From a candidate division WOR-1 bacterium RIFOXYB2_FULL_42_35 (GTDB taxonomy: Bacteria; Margulisbacteria; WOR-1; O2-12-FULL-45-9), in the NCBI GenBank assembly GCA_001771545.1, contig MEUC01000005.1, positions 2,379-66,378 of the forward strand: 64,000 bases of DNA. The letters run 5' to 3'. The notes beneath the pieces are model-generated. The model was not told the origin of the DNA and ran no database searches. It was given only the letters and a program-made list of their open reading frames with translations. Positions 38,349 to 46,419 of this stretch are shown here, piece after piece; the first letter of the stretch is position 1, and each line of letters opens with the position of its first letter. Made by a program: the position numbers and the translations under genes.

Positions 38349-40542
38349 TGATTGTTTGTGGGACTCCTGTTTTGATTGATTCAATAATGGCAAAGGTAGT
38401 TAAAGTTGTATAAATATGGTCTTTAAGAGGCACAGCTTCCCGACTACTCTTAACCGCAGCAAAAAAAGCTTCAAACTCTCCTTCGTAACCACGATCAAGG
38501 TTAAAGGATTTTTTCTTTTGACCCCTACCATCTTTAGCAAAAAATAATGATTTAAAGTTATCAATTACACAAACTGACTTGCCGGAAAACACTTCAATTC
38601 TTTCTCTGGGAAGAAGTTTATCGCCTTGAGAAGCGTAAAGGATTGTCGCAATCGAACCATTGTGCATTTTAAGCGTAATAACTAAATTGTCTTCCCCTTT
38701 TTCTGTGGCAGCCTGAGCAAAAACACTTTCGGGCAATGAGCCGGATAAAGCTTGAACCAAATCAACAAAGTGACAAACCTCGCCAACAACCCTGCCCCCA
38801 CCCTCCGCTGCATCGTGAACCCAACTTTCAGCCGGGACAAACCCAGCATTAACTCGACAATTGATAACCAGGTTTGAACCAGAACCGAGCAATTCTTTGG
38901 CCTTCAAGGTCAAGGGAGCAAAACGACGGTTAAAACCTACCATCAGGAGCCGTGGATCGGGGTTCGCCGTGCCTGCCGGCAGGCAGGTGGTTCGTGAATA
39001 GATATCGATTATTGATTTAAGTTCTGAATCATTCATGCACAAAGGTTTTTCTACAAAGACGTGCTTACCAGCCTTAAGGGAATCAATCACCATCTGGGCA
39101 TGAAGATTATGCCTAGTTGCAATTAAAATCGTATTAATATTTGGATCTTTTAATAATTCCTGATAGTCGGCCACACAATACTCAAACCCATATTTTTTAC
39201 CTGTGTGACGACCCTTAAAACCTTCCGCATCTGCAAGCCCAACCAATTTAATATTTTTGAACTTTTTTAGAATGGGGAGCATGCTAGTGTTGGCGTGGAG
39301 GCCTGCGCCGATCAGCCCTATTTTGACCTGCTCCAACTGTCTGCTGTCTGCTGTCTGCTTTCTACTATCTAATAAGCTTATCTTCTTCGACCCAGGACCC
39401 ATGACCCCAGACCCAAGACCATCCCCATATTCTAACAAAACCCCAAGATACGGCACTCCCCCCTTTAAAATCATCTCATACCCGGCTAGAGCTTCTGCCA
39501 ACTTAAAGCGATGGCTAATAAGCTTTTCTAGTTCAACCTTTCCTTCAGCTACCAAATCAAGGAAACAAGCCATATTGCGTTGAGTGGTCCAACGAACATA
39601 AGGCAAAGGATAATCTTGCCCTTTATTTTCATAAAGGGGATCAAATTTACCGGGGCCGGTGGCGCGAGAAACAATGACACTTAATTCTTTTTTGAAGAAG
39701 TCTTGTCTGGGCACATCCAAAGAAACCATACCACAAGCAACAATACGGCCCTTATCCCGGGAAATTTCCGCAGCCATTTCAATCGGTTTATTATCTTGAG
39801 AGCCTGCCATAATAATAACGGCATCAGCCCCAACTCCGCCAGTAAAGTCAGCTACAACTTGATTAATATCATCTCTACCAATTAAGGCAACTTGATCAAC
39901 TCCAAATTCCCTGGCCATTTTTAGTTTGGCCTCGGAGATATCAACCCCAATAACTTTACAGCCAAAGGCTTTAAGCATCTGAACCGTTAACTGTCCCAAC
40001 AGCCCTAACCCAAGAACAACGACATTTTCACCAAAAGTTAAGTTGGCAACCCGAATAGCATTCAAAGCAATCGAACCTAAACCGACAAACGAGGCTTCTT
40101 CAAAAGAAACCCCTTGAGGAATTTTGACCAGCATATTTTTTGGCACATAACTTAGTTCGGAATGAGTGGCAAACCCATCGCCAAAACAGGCGATTCTATC
40201 GCCAACTTTGACACCATAAATCCCCTCTCCAACCTCTCTAACCAGACCGGCTGAACTGTAGCCAAGAGTAACAGGAGTATCTAAACGGCTCATGACAGCT
40301 TTATAAGTATCTAATAAACCGTCAACTTTAATTTTGTTGATAACCTGTTTAACCAGGTCAGGACGAGCCAGGACTTTTCCCAAATAACCTTTTTGAGCCA
40401 GACTGATCATTAGCTTCTCCGTGCCAACGCTGACAAGGGAATTTTTTGTTTCCAACAAAACCCCACCAGAACGCAAAAGAGGATCCGGAACTTCCACTAA
40501 CTGAAGCTCCCCTGATTTATAGTTTTGGATTATCTGTTTCAT
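38326..40542 (-). CDS. Bi-domain oxidoreductase (MDR dehydrogenase + Gfo/Idh/MocA)
   Basis: SLVSVGTE, LGYSSAG, GLGLLGQ, IGLIGAG, HVFVEKP, VGFNRRF, GEVCHFVD. Confidence 0.92.
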   Translation of the reverse strand: MKQIIQNYKSGELQLVEVPDPLLRSGGVLLETKNSLVSVGTEKLMISLAQKGYLGKVLARPDLVKQVINKIKVDGLLDTYKAVMSRLDTPVTLGYSSAGLVREVGEGIYGVKVGDRIACFGDGFATHSELSYVPKNMLVKIPQGVSFEEASFVGLGSIALNAIRVANLTFGENVVVLGLGLLGQLTVQMLKAFGCKVIGVDISEAKLKMAREFGVDQVALIGRDDINQVVADFTGGVGADAVIIMAGSQDNKPIEMAAEISRDKGRIVACGMVSLDVPRQDFFKKELSVIVSRATGPGKFDPLYENKGQDYPLPYVRWTTQRNMACFLDLVAEGKVELEKLISHRFKLAEALAGYEMILKGGVPYLGVLLEYGDGLGSGVMGPGSKKISLLDSRKQTADSRQLEQVKIGLIGAGLHANTSMLPILKKFKNIKLVGLADAEGFKGRHTGKKYGFEYCVADYQELLKDPNINTILIATRHNLHAQMVIDSLKAGKHVFVEKPLCMNDSELKSIIDIYSRTTCLPAGTANPDPRLLMVGFNRRFAPLTLKAKELLGSGSNLVINCRVNAGFVPAESWVHDAAEGGGRVVGEVCHFVDLVQALSGSLPESVFAQAATEKGEDNLVITLKMHNGSIATILYASQGDKLLPRERIEVFSGKSVCVIDNFKSLFFAKDGRGQKKKSFNLDRGYEGEFEAFFAAVKSSREAVPLKDHIYTTLTTFAIIESIKTGVPQTINASTYFI
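38948..38997. repeat. Intragenic heptamer array interrupted by the palindrome TGCCTGCCGGCAGGCA
   Basis: agccgtg gatcggg gttcg[ccgtgcctgccggcaggcagg]tg gttcgtg; encodes SRTTCLPAGTANPDPR. Confidence 0.7.
39337..39423. repeat. Two intragenic heptamer arrays (CTGTCTG-type x5, GACCCAN-type x5) in the inter-domain linker
   Basis: ctgtctg x3 ctttcta ctatcta; gacccag gacccat gacccca gacccaa gaccatc. Confidence 0.8.
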
Positions 40543-41380
40543 GTTTTTGACAATACTGATCTATTATAGCAGAATAATTCTCCAAAAAGTTATTGATGCT
40601 GTTAGTATCCTCAATAAAATTAACCAAATCGAGAAAAAGATTGTTTTTTTTGATTTTTCCGGCCTTGAGATGAATCTCTTTTAGCATTTGCGACCATGAC
40701 ATCCCGCTATATTTAGTATCGGCAAAGAGGAGCTTCAAGCTTTTGGCGCCAGGTATAATGTCCTTACCCATATACCAAACCAGGTCATACATATCGCGGC
40801 CTTTAAAATCAATTTCCTTGGCTTTACCTTTGTAAAACAAACGGGTCAGAAAAGCGTGAACTTTGCCGGCCATTAAATCCGCCAATGAATATCTTTTTAG
40901 AAAATAAGTCCTGCCCCCCTTTTCCACTAAGGCAGTTTCCAACACAGCCTCCGGCAAGTTAACCTGGGCAATTTCTACTTTTAGCAAAAGTGTAAATGAT
41001 TGTTGAAAATCAAGGCCCAGTTGCTTTAAGAAAGGGAACTTGAGATAAATTTTATTATTTTGGCCCTTAAGCGCAAAATCAATCTCCTGGTATTTAAGGG
41101 TTTGCCGAAACATATTTTTAAGATCCCCGGCTATCTTTTGATGGTCTAATTTTACCGCACAATCAAAATCAAGGTCTTCGGACAAACGCGGCAGGTTAAA
41201 GCAAAACCGCAAGCATGTCCCGCCGGTAAAAATCAGCTTATGGTTAAGCTCTTTATTGCCATAGATATATTCTAAAACGATATTCTGGAGATGCTCCTTA
41301 ATCAAATTGATTATATAACCGGTTCTCACCTTTTTCTGCTTAGCTTCACTAACAATAGCTTTTAATTGCTCAAAAAGCAT
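40517..41380 (-). CDS. AbiEii-type nucleotidyltransferase toxin (type IV TA)
   Basis: IFTGGTCLRFCFNLPRLSEDLDF, AGKVHA, KGRDMYDLVWY. Confidence 0.9.
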   Translation of the reverse strand: MLFEQLKAIVSEAKQKKVRTGYIINLIKEHLQNIVLEYIYGNKELNHKLIFTGGTCLRFCFNLPRLSEDLDFDCAVKLDHQKIAGDLKNMFRQTLKYQEIDFALKGQNNKIYLKFPFLKQLGLDFQQSFTLLLKVEIAQVNLPEAVLETALVEKGGRTYFLKRYSLADLMAGKVHAFLTRLFYKGKAKEIDFKGRDMYDLVWYMGKDIIPGAKSLKLLFADTKYSGMSWSQMLKEIHLKAGKIKKNNLFLDLVNFIEDTNSINNFLENYSAIIDQYCQKHETDNPKL

Positions 41381-42005
41381 GCTTGCTCCTCAAGGCCTGA
41401 TAAATCCGACGCATTTTTTCACTTCGGGCAATAGCCAAATAATCTTCAAATTCCCGCCAATCGGCCGAGGAAAAACCCTCCAAATTTAATCTTAGTTCGG
41501 CCACGGTTTTTGCGTTGGCATGTTTAATGGTTCGTTTGGCAAAATAAAGGTAATCAAATAAAGCCTTACTCTTGGAAGCGATATCATAGTTTTTGCCTTC
41601 AAATTGCGCCCGGCTAAAACCGCAAAACAACTGTCGCTTGATTTTGGCATAACTGAAATTAGCAATTTTAGAGCTGTAGTTTTTGGTTGCCCTGCCGGTA
41701 ATTGAAGCGACACCAAAAACAGCTTCGGATAAAACACCGTATCGGGCCAAAACGGTCTCTTTGCTGACATAAGAAGGTTGGTCCAAGAGAGAAGCAAGAT
41801 AGTTGAGATACTCATCTTTGTTGGCACAATTTTGCCAATATTCTTCCGGCACATAAAAGCCTCTCTTGAGCTTAATCAGTTTACCGGCTTTTAACCAGTT
41901 TTTGACGTTCTGGTCAAAAGAAGCCGGTTTAATATCAGGGAATAAAAGGGCAAGATTATCTTTTCTCACGTAAGGCAGTTTTATTATTTGCTCTGAAATG
42001 CTCAT
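41370..42005 (-). CDS. AbiEi-type antitoxin / transcriptional regulator
   Basis: GKLIKLKRGFY, PSYVSKETVLARYG, ASKSKALFDYLY; overlaps the abiEii start. Confidence 0.88.
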   Translation of the reverse strand: MSISEQIIKLPYVRKDNLALLFPDIKPASFDQNVKNWLKAGKLIKLKRGFYVPEEYWQNCANKDEYLNYLASLLDQPSYVSKETVLARYGVLSEAVFGVASITGRATKNYSSKIANFSYAKIKRQLFCGFSRAQFEGKNYDIASKSKALFDYLYFAKRTIKHANAKTVAELRLNLEGFSSADWREFEDYLAIARSEKMRRIYQALRSKHAF

Positions 42006-42029
42006 TTGTTTTGGTTAGGGTAACAAGGC

Positions 42030-42076
42030 TTGTACTTATCTGGTACAAATATACATCTTAATCAGGCAATTGTCAA
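42030..42076 (-). promoter_or_regulatory. Consensus-like sigma70 promoter with overlapping operator-like inverted repeat for the AbiE operon
   Basis: TTGACA(42076-42071)-17 bp-TATATT(42053-42048), then TTGTAC-N7-GTACAA (42030-42048). Confidence 0.8.
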
Positions 42077-42085
42077 ATTTTAGGT

Positions 42086-42124
42086 CTACTCACGTACCGG
42101 CTTTTTGCGAAAGGTGTACATTAT
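42086..42124 (-). repeat. Displaced copy C of the DUF362 gene 3' end
   Basis: ata atg tac acc ttt cgc aaa aag ccg gta cgt gag tag = IMYTFRKKPVRE*; begins right after the DUF2283 stop. Confidence 0.88.
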
Positions 42125-42355
42125 CTATTTTTTCGCTTTTACTTTCTGACGCATGAGTTCAAAGGTCATATGGTAAAATTGCGATTTGGGTTCAGGCAGG
42201 TTCTTAGAGGCATCGAGAATTTCAATGCCAAGAACTTTGCCTTTTTTATCGTAATCAAAAATTATGCCCTCCTTGACCTCATCACTTTCATAATAACGGC
42301 TATCACCAAACCTTATATACATTGCATCACTTTTTTCGTCGTAATTAACCTTCAT
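42125..42355 (-). CDS. DUF2283-family small protein (putative antitoxin)
   Basis: YDEKSDAMYIRF...DYDKKGKVLGIEILDAS. Confidence 0.88.
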   Translation of the reverse strand: MKVNYDEKSDAMYIRFGDSRYYESDEVKEGIIFDYDKKGKVLGIEILDASKNLPEPKSQFYHMTFELMRQKVKAKK

Positions 42356-42614
42356 TATAGACCTCCCTTAAATATTTTTTAATTTTACTTGTCCTATAAG
42401 CTGTAATCACGATTTTGGTCGTATTTTCAATTGCATAAACGACCCGATATAAAAATCTTTTACCACCTTTTGATAAAATTTTCTGGGCGACCTGACGGCC
42501 CGGAATGCCAGTCGTTAAAACTTGGTGGGGTTTATTTATTACACGCTCTACCTCAGCTTTAGCAATGCCGCGCTCCGTTAATTGTTTCTCCGCATGGGGA
42601 TGATAAACTAACAT
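42345..42614 (-). CDS. DUF4258-family protein (putative RelE-like toxin)
   Basis: HPHAEKQLTERGI...V..VINKP...RVVY...VITAY; paired with DUF2283; TGnTATAAT at 42632-42624. Confidence 0.8.
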   Translation of the reverse strand: MLVYHPHAEKQLTERGIAKAEVERVINKPHQVLTTGIPGRQVAQKILSKGGKRFLYRVVYAIENTTKIVITAYRTSKIKKYLREVYNEG

Positions 42615-42659
42615 CTTATTGGCATTATATCATGAATTCAACCAGATGGGCTCTAAACT

Positions 42660-42755
42660 TTAAGCTCCCTCGACAGGTTTTTTGCGGAATGTATACATAA
42701 TCTTATGCAGCAAATCGGCAAACATTGACTCGTAAAAAAGTGGTTGATGGCTGGA
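42660..42755 (-). repeat. Displaced copy B of the DUF362 gene 3' end
   Basis: PAINHF(-1 nt)YESMFADLLHKIMYTFRKKPVEGA*; 13 substitutions versus the intact gene, all synonymous; begins right after the HEPN stop. Confidence 0.92.
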
Positions 42756-43223
42756 TTAAAGTTTTGACAAAAAGTTAATAAAAGCCTTAAGCTGAAGGTC
42801 AACCTCTTTATAAAGAGCCGGTAAATTCTCGGCTAAATTCTGGCAGCGCTGCCATTTTAATTCAAAACCATAAATATGTCTAAAAAGGTGTCTAAAGCTT
42901 AAATATTCGTTCAAGTTTTCCCCTAATTCAACTGATAAAACTGCGGGCCGGCGGTTAGGCACATTAGCCAACATGCGCCGCAAAATTTGAGTATGCCAGC
43001 CCTCGCCCTCCGGCAGGCCACCATCAACGGCATAGGCAATCCTTTCAAAGATCTTTTCCAGTCCGGTATAAAAGTCATGCAAAATACTGCCTGCCGCCCT
43101 AATTAGGGTGGTATCCGGCTGATCCTTGATGCTTTTTAGCGCCAATTGCATTTCATCAACCAAGCGGCCAAGGTTCTTATTTTCTAAACTGATATCTGTT
43201 ATCAAGCCGGCAAATTTAGCCAT
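42756..43223 (-). CDS. HEPN (HepT/DUF86-like) RNase toxin
   Basis: LHDFYTGLEKIF, WHTQIL, FRHLFRHIYG (RX4H). Confidence 0.88.
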   Translation of the reverse strand: MAKFAGLITDISLENKNLGRLVDEMQLALKSIKDQPDTTLIRAAGSILHDFYTGLEKIFERIAYAVDGGLPEGEGWHTQILRRMLANVPNRRPAVLSVELGENLNEYLSFRHLFRHIYGFELKWQRCQNLAENLPALYKEVDLQLKAFINFLSKL

Positions 43224-43581
43224 AAATTAATTGCCCTTTTTTTTGGATTAAATCTTTTAACTTAGGGGCCGCGTCTTCCAAGGGAACCAGATCAACACTT
43301 ACTTTACCGGCAAAAAGCCGGGATATCTTACTTAAAGCAGAAATATATTCTTGGGGTTGTATCCCCTCTACAGCCAAATCAAGGTCAGAATGTTTATGGA
43401 AAAGCTCACCATCAATTATTGATCCGAACAAAAAAACCTTTTTAGCGCCAAATTGCCTGCCCAGCATCTGCGCTGCTTTGGCAGCAGAAAGTTTTAGGGA
43501 TTTAATCAGTAACTGTTTAGCTTGATATTCCTTTTCAAATTGTTTTTTCCAGAATTTCTGGTAATTTCTTAGACTTGCCAT
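43216..43581 (-). CDS. Minimal nucleotidyltransferase (MNT) antitoxin
   Basis: VFLFGS...SDLDLAV...VDLV; TGnTACAAT at 43599-43591. Confidence 0.9.
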   Translation of the reverse strand: MASLRNYQKFWKKQFEKEYQAKQLLIKSLKLSAAKAAQMLGRQFGAKKVFLFGSIIDGELFHKHSDLDLAVEGIQPQEYISALSKISRLFAGKVSVDLVPLEDAAPKLKDLIQKKGQLIYG

Positions 43582-43631
43582 AATGGTTAAATTGTATCAG
43601 ATGTTTTAGGGGATAACAAATTAAATTTACT

Positions 43632-43659
43632 TTGTGAATCGTGAACGGTGAGGCGTAAC
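43632..43659. repeat. Degenerate intergenic heptamer array
   Basis: ttgtgaa tcgtgaa cggtgag gcgtaac. Confidence 0.5.
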
Positions 43660-43678
43660 AGCCCACATTAATTCGGCA

Positions 43679-43763
43679 TTATTCTTCCACAGGTTTTTTA
43701 CGGAAGGTGTACATGATTTTGTGGAGCAGAGCTGCAAGCATCGATTAGCAAAAAAGATAAGCA
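43679..43763 (-). repeat. Displaced copy A of the DUF362 gene 3' end
   Basis: YLFC*SMLAALLHKIMYTFRKKPVEE*; mostly synonymous changes in the 3' half and decayed 5' half; begins right after the MNT stop. Confidence 0.88.
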
Positions 43764-44093
43764 TCAAACCAGGCGGATACCTTTTTGGATAATTTGCCTG
43801 ACCAGGCTGACTTCTTTTTTCTTTTTAGCAAATTCCTGTGGCGTATAACATAAAAAGTCAATATCAGGCAATTCTTTATCTGACCAGGTTTTTAGCTGTT
43901 TGGCCACTTCCGCCCCTCTTTTGATAAACCTGTATTTATCAAACTCCTTGGAAACAAGTGCAATATCAAGATCGCTATTTTCATTGGGCTGGCCATAAGC
44001 GTATGAACCCCACAACCAAATTTCCTGCGGCTTAAAAATTTTTTTTAATTGTTCCAAATATCTGGCCAAAAAAGTTTCCACAGTTATATTCAT
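43764..44093 (-). CDS. Minimal nucleotidyltransferase (MNT), orphaned
   Basis: IWLWGSYAYG...SDLDIALVS...IDFLCYTPQEF. Confidence 0.9.
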   Translation of the reverse strand: MNITVETFLARYLEQLKKIFKPQEIWLWGSYAYGQPNENSDLDIALVSKEFDKYRFIKRGAEVAKQLKTWSDKELPDIDFLCYTPQEFAKKKKEVSLVRQIIQKGIRLV

Positions 44094-45193
44094 TTTACCG
44101 TCTCACCCGTTATAAGTTTTTTAATTATTTCTGCCTTACTTAATCCTTCTCTAGCATCTTCCGGACTACAATTTTCGTATGGCATAACATCAGAAATATC
44201 AGGATAACGTAAAACCTGATAATATTTTTCCACAGGTTTTTTGCGAAAGGTGTACATAATCTTATGCAACAGGTCAGCAAACATTGATTCATAAAAAAAG
44301 TGGTTGATCGCCGGGTGAACCCAAGCAAAAAGCGCTAAATAATTCCAGTGATCGCGCTTAAGATAAAATTTATTGGAAACAAACTTGTGATAATCCTGAT
44401 TCATTTCAATCTCTGCTTCCTTTGGCACCAAGCCATTCCTATAAGCCAAGTAATAATGTCTGATCTTCTTAAGATCAACACCCATCATCTTGGCGGTGAT
44501 TAAGTCAGCCGCCTCAAAACTATCTGAGGCAATCAGCCAGCCTAATTTGAAGGAATCTCCCACCATCGGACCGCTGCGAGTTAAACCATAAGTACCGTCA
44601 ATTATCGTGTACTTGTTCTTGATGGCTTGGTTGATAGCAAAAATCGCTTCGTTAAAAACAGGATGATAGCGCAAGCGCATCACATTGGGCACACAACCCC
44701 ACTGATTTTTGTAAGAAAGAGAAATCTGCGTCATAGCATGCACTTTGGGGACCGGCAAAGTAATAAAAGCGTCAATCTCATGCAGTAAAATCTTGGGCAT
44801 TTCAATTTTAAAATCACGACCAAATTTATGGACAGTTAAAAACTCAAAAGGAAGCTGAGAAAGATTAACAACCCTGATGCCATATTTCTTTTCCAAATCA
44901 TAGAGCCCATAATCGTGAAAGGCATCTTTGACTTCGTAGGAATTGTACCCTCCGTCCGATTCCCCCACTATCACCTTACAGCCATAATCTCTTAAAATTT
45001 TTATTAAAGCTTCCAAGAGTTGCGGTGTGGTAGTAACTCCAGGCTTAAACTTAGGATGGCCTAAATTGGGCTTTAAAAAAACGCGATACCCAGGTTTCAG
45101 CTTGTTTTTTAAACCGATAAAGTCAAGAGCTTGGCCCAATAACTCTTCAATTTGATTAACCCTCAAATCATAAATATAAAGACGAGCCGTCAT
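44090..45193 (-). CDS. DUF362-domain protein with a C-terminal tail derived from a HEPN gene
   Basis: VFLKPN, GVTTTP, VGESDG, VPKVH, SYKNQWG, IIDG; the tail after KKPVE is HEPN-like (YY..LRYPD....PY). Confidence 0.85.
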   Translation of the reverse strand: MTARLYIYDLRVNQIEELLGQALDFIGLKNKLKPGYRVFLKPNLGHPKFKPGVTTTPQLLEALIKILRDYGCKVIVGESDGGYNSYEVKDAFHDYGLYDLEKKYGIRVVNLSQLPFEFLTVHKFGRDFKIEMPKILLHEIDAFITLPVPKVHAMTQISLSYKNQWGCVPNVMRLRYHPVFNEAIFAINQAIKNKYTIIDGTYGLTRSGPMVGDSFKLGWLIASDSFEAADLITAKMMGVDLKKIRHYYLAYRNGLVPKEAEIEMNQDYHKFVSNKFYLKRDHWNYLALFAWVHPAINHFFYESMFADLLHKIMYTFRKKPVEKYYQVLRYPDISDVMPYENCSPEDAREGLSKAEIIKKLITGETVK

Positions 45194-45245
45194 TCTTCGG
45201 TCTGCTCCTTAATTGCTTGTGTTGCACCTATGGCTTTTGATCATT

Positions 45246-46394
45246 TTATTGAAAAACAAGTTTTGTAAACAGATCCACAAAAGCTTGCTCGTATTTTTGA
45301 GCAGTAAAGCCTTGTTTGATTTTGTTAATGTTTTCCTCAGCCATATTAGCGCACAATAAGTGGTCGGAAAAAAGTTCTTTTATTGCTTGAACCAATTTTT
45401 CCGGCGCTTGAGCCGGCACAAAAAAACCATTAACACGATCAAGAACAACATCAGGAATCCCACCCTGCATAGTTGTGATAATTGGCAAACCAGCAGCCAT
45501 GGCTTCCAAAATAGCTATCGGCAACCCCTCATAAGGGTAATAAGTAGGAAAGACAAAAAGGTCACTATCCCAAAGCAATTGTTTTTTTTCTGTTCCTTTT
45601 ACAAATCCAACAAATTGCACATTAGTAGTAAGGTTATTTGCCTTAACATAGTTCTCAGCCGCATTTTTCTCTAATAAGCTTGGCCAACTACCAGCAAAAA
45701 TAAATTCAAGAGGAAAGCTTTGTTGCTTTAAAATTGCAGCTGCTCGCAATATATCAAAAAAACCTTTAGAGACAAGCAAGTTGTTAAGGAATAAAACCTT
45801 AAAGTTGCTTCTGCCTCCAAATTTAATGCTGGTAAGCTTAGCCTCAACCTCAGACTCTGTAGGCAATAATTCATTAACTACAAAATTAGTAACAACCACA
45901 ATTTTCTCTTCTGCAACTAACCCCCTAAAAACATCCCGTAGGGAACTGGTTAAAACTATAGCCAGGTCAAGCTGAGACAAGGTCATTTTGATCCACAGCT
46001 TTAATGGCCAACCAGAATTTTCATAGAGCACCCTAAAATACCCGCCATGCAGATGTATAACACATTTTTTGCGACAAATCTTAGCTAGTAAAATAAACAA
46101 GCTATCCCGAAGAAATCCTAGCCTAGTTTGCGCGATTGCCAAGTAGACTATTTTAGGTCTAAATACTATCATCTGCCAGCCTAAAGCGAAAAAAGATAAA
46201 ATATCCTTAAGGAATTTAATTGGTCTAAACTTGCCAATATTTAAATCCGTTATCAACCTTGCTCCACTAGTATTAATATTTTTGACACAAAAAGCCCTGT
46301 TTAAAACCTTGGAATTCGCCAATTGTTCTAAGGCAATAGAAGTGCCATGATATGGAGGAGGAAAAGAACCAATTAAAACAACTCTATTTTTCAT
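45246..46394 (-). CDS. GT4 glycosyltransferase
   Basis: PPPYHG, HLHGG, SKGFFD, EGLPIAILEAMAAG. Confidence 0.9.
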   Translation of the reverse strand: MKNRVVLIGSFPPPYHGTSIALEQLANSKVLNRAFCVKNINTSGARLITDLNIGKFRPIKFLKDILSFFALGWQMIVFRPKIVYLAIAQTRLGFLRDSLFILLAKICRKKCVIHLHGGYFRVLYENSGWPLKLWIKMTLSQLDLAIVLTSSLRDVFRGLVAEEKIVVVTNFVVNELLPTESEVEAKLTSIKFGGRSNFKVLFLNNLLVSKGFFDILRAAAILKQQSFPLEFIFAGSWPSLLEKNAAENYVKANNLTTNVQFVGFVKGTEKKQLLWDSDLFVFPTYYPYEGLPIAILEAMAAGLPIITTMQGGIPDVVLDRVNGFFVPAQAPEKLVQAIKELFSDHLLCANMAEENINKIKQGFTAQKYEQAFVDLFTKLVFQ

Positions 46395-46419
46395 AACAAG
46401 TTTGATTTTTTTCTTCTCA

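Noticed and set aside
42086..44317. Gene-end copies as DGR template/variable repeats
   Set aside because: Differences are mostly synonymous and involve all bases rather than being adenine-specific, and there is no reverse transcriptase in the window.
45190..45240. Possible remnant 3' end (KAIGATQAIKEQTEE*) overlapping the DUF362 start
   Set aside because: Too short and not recognisably similar to any family.
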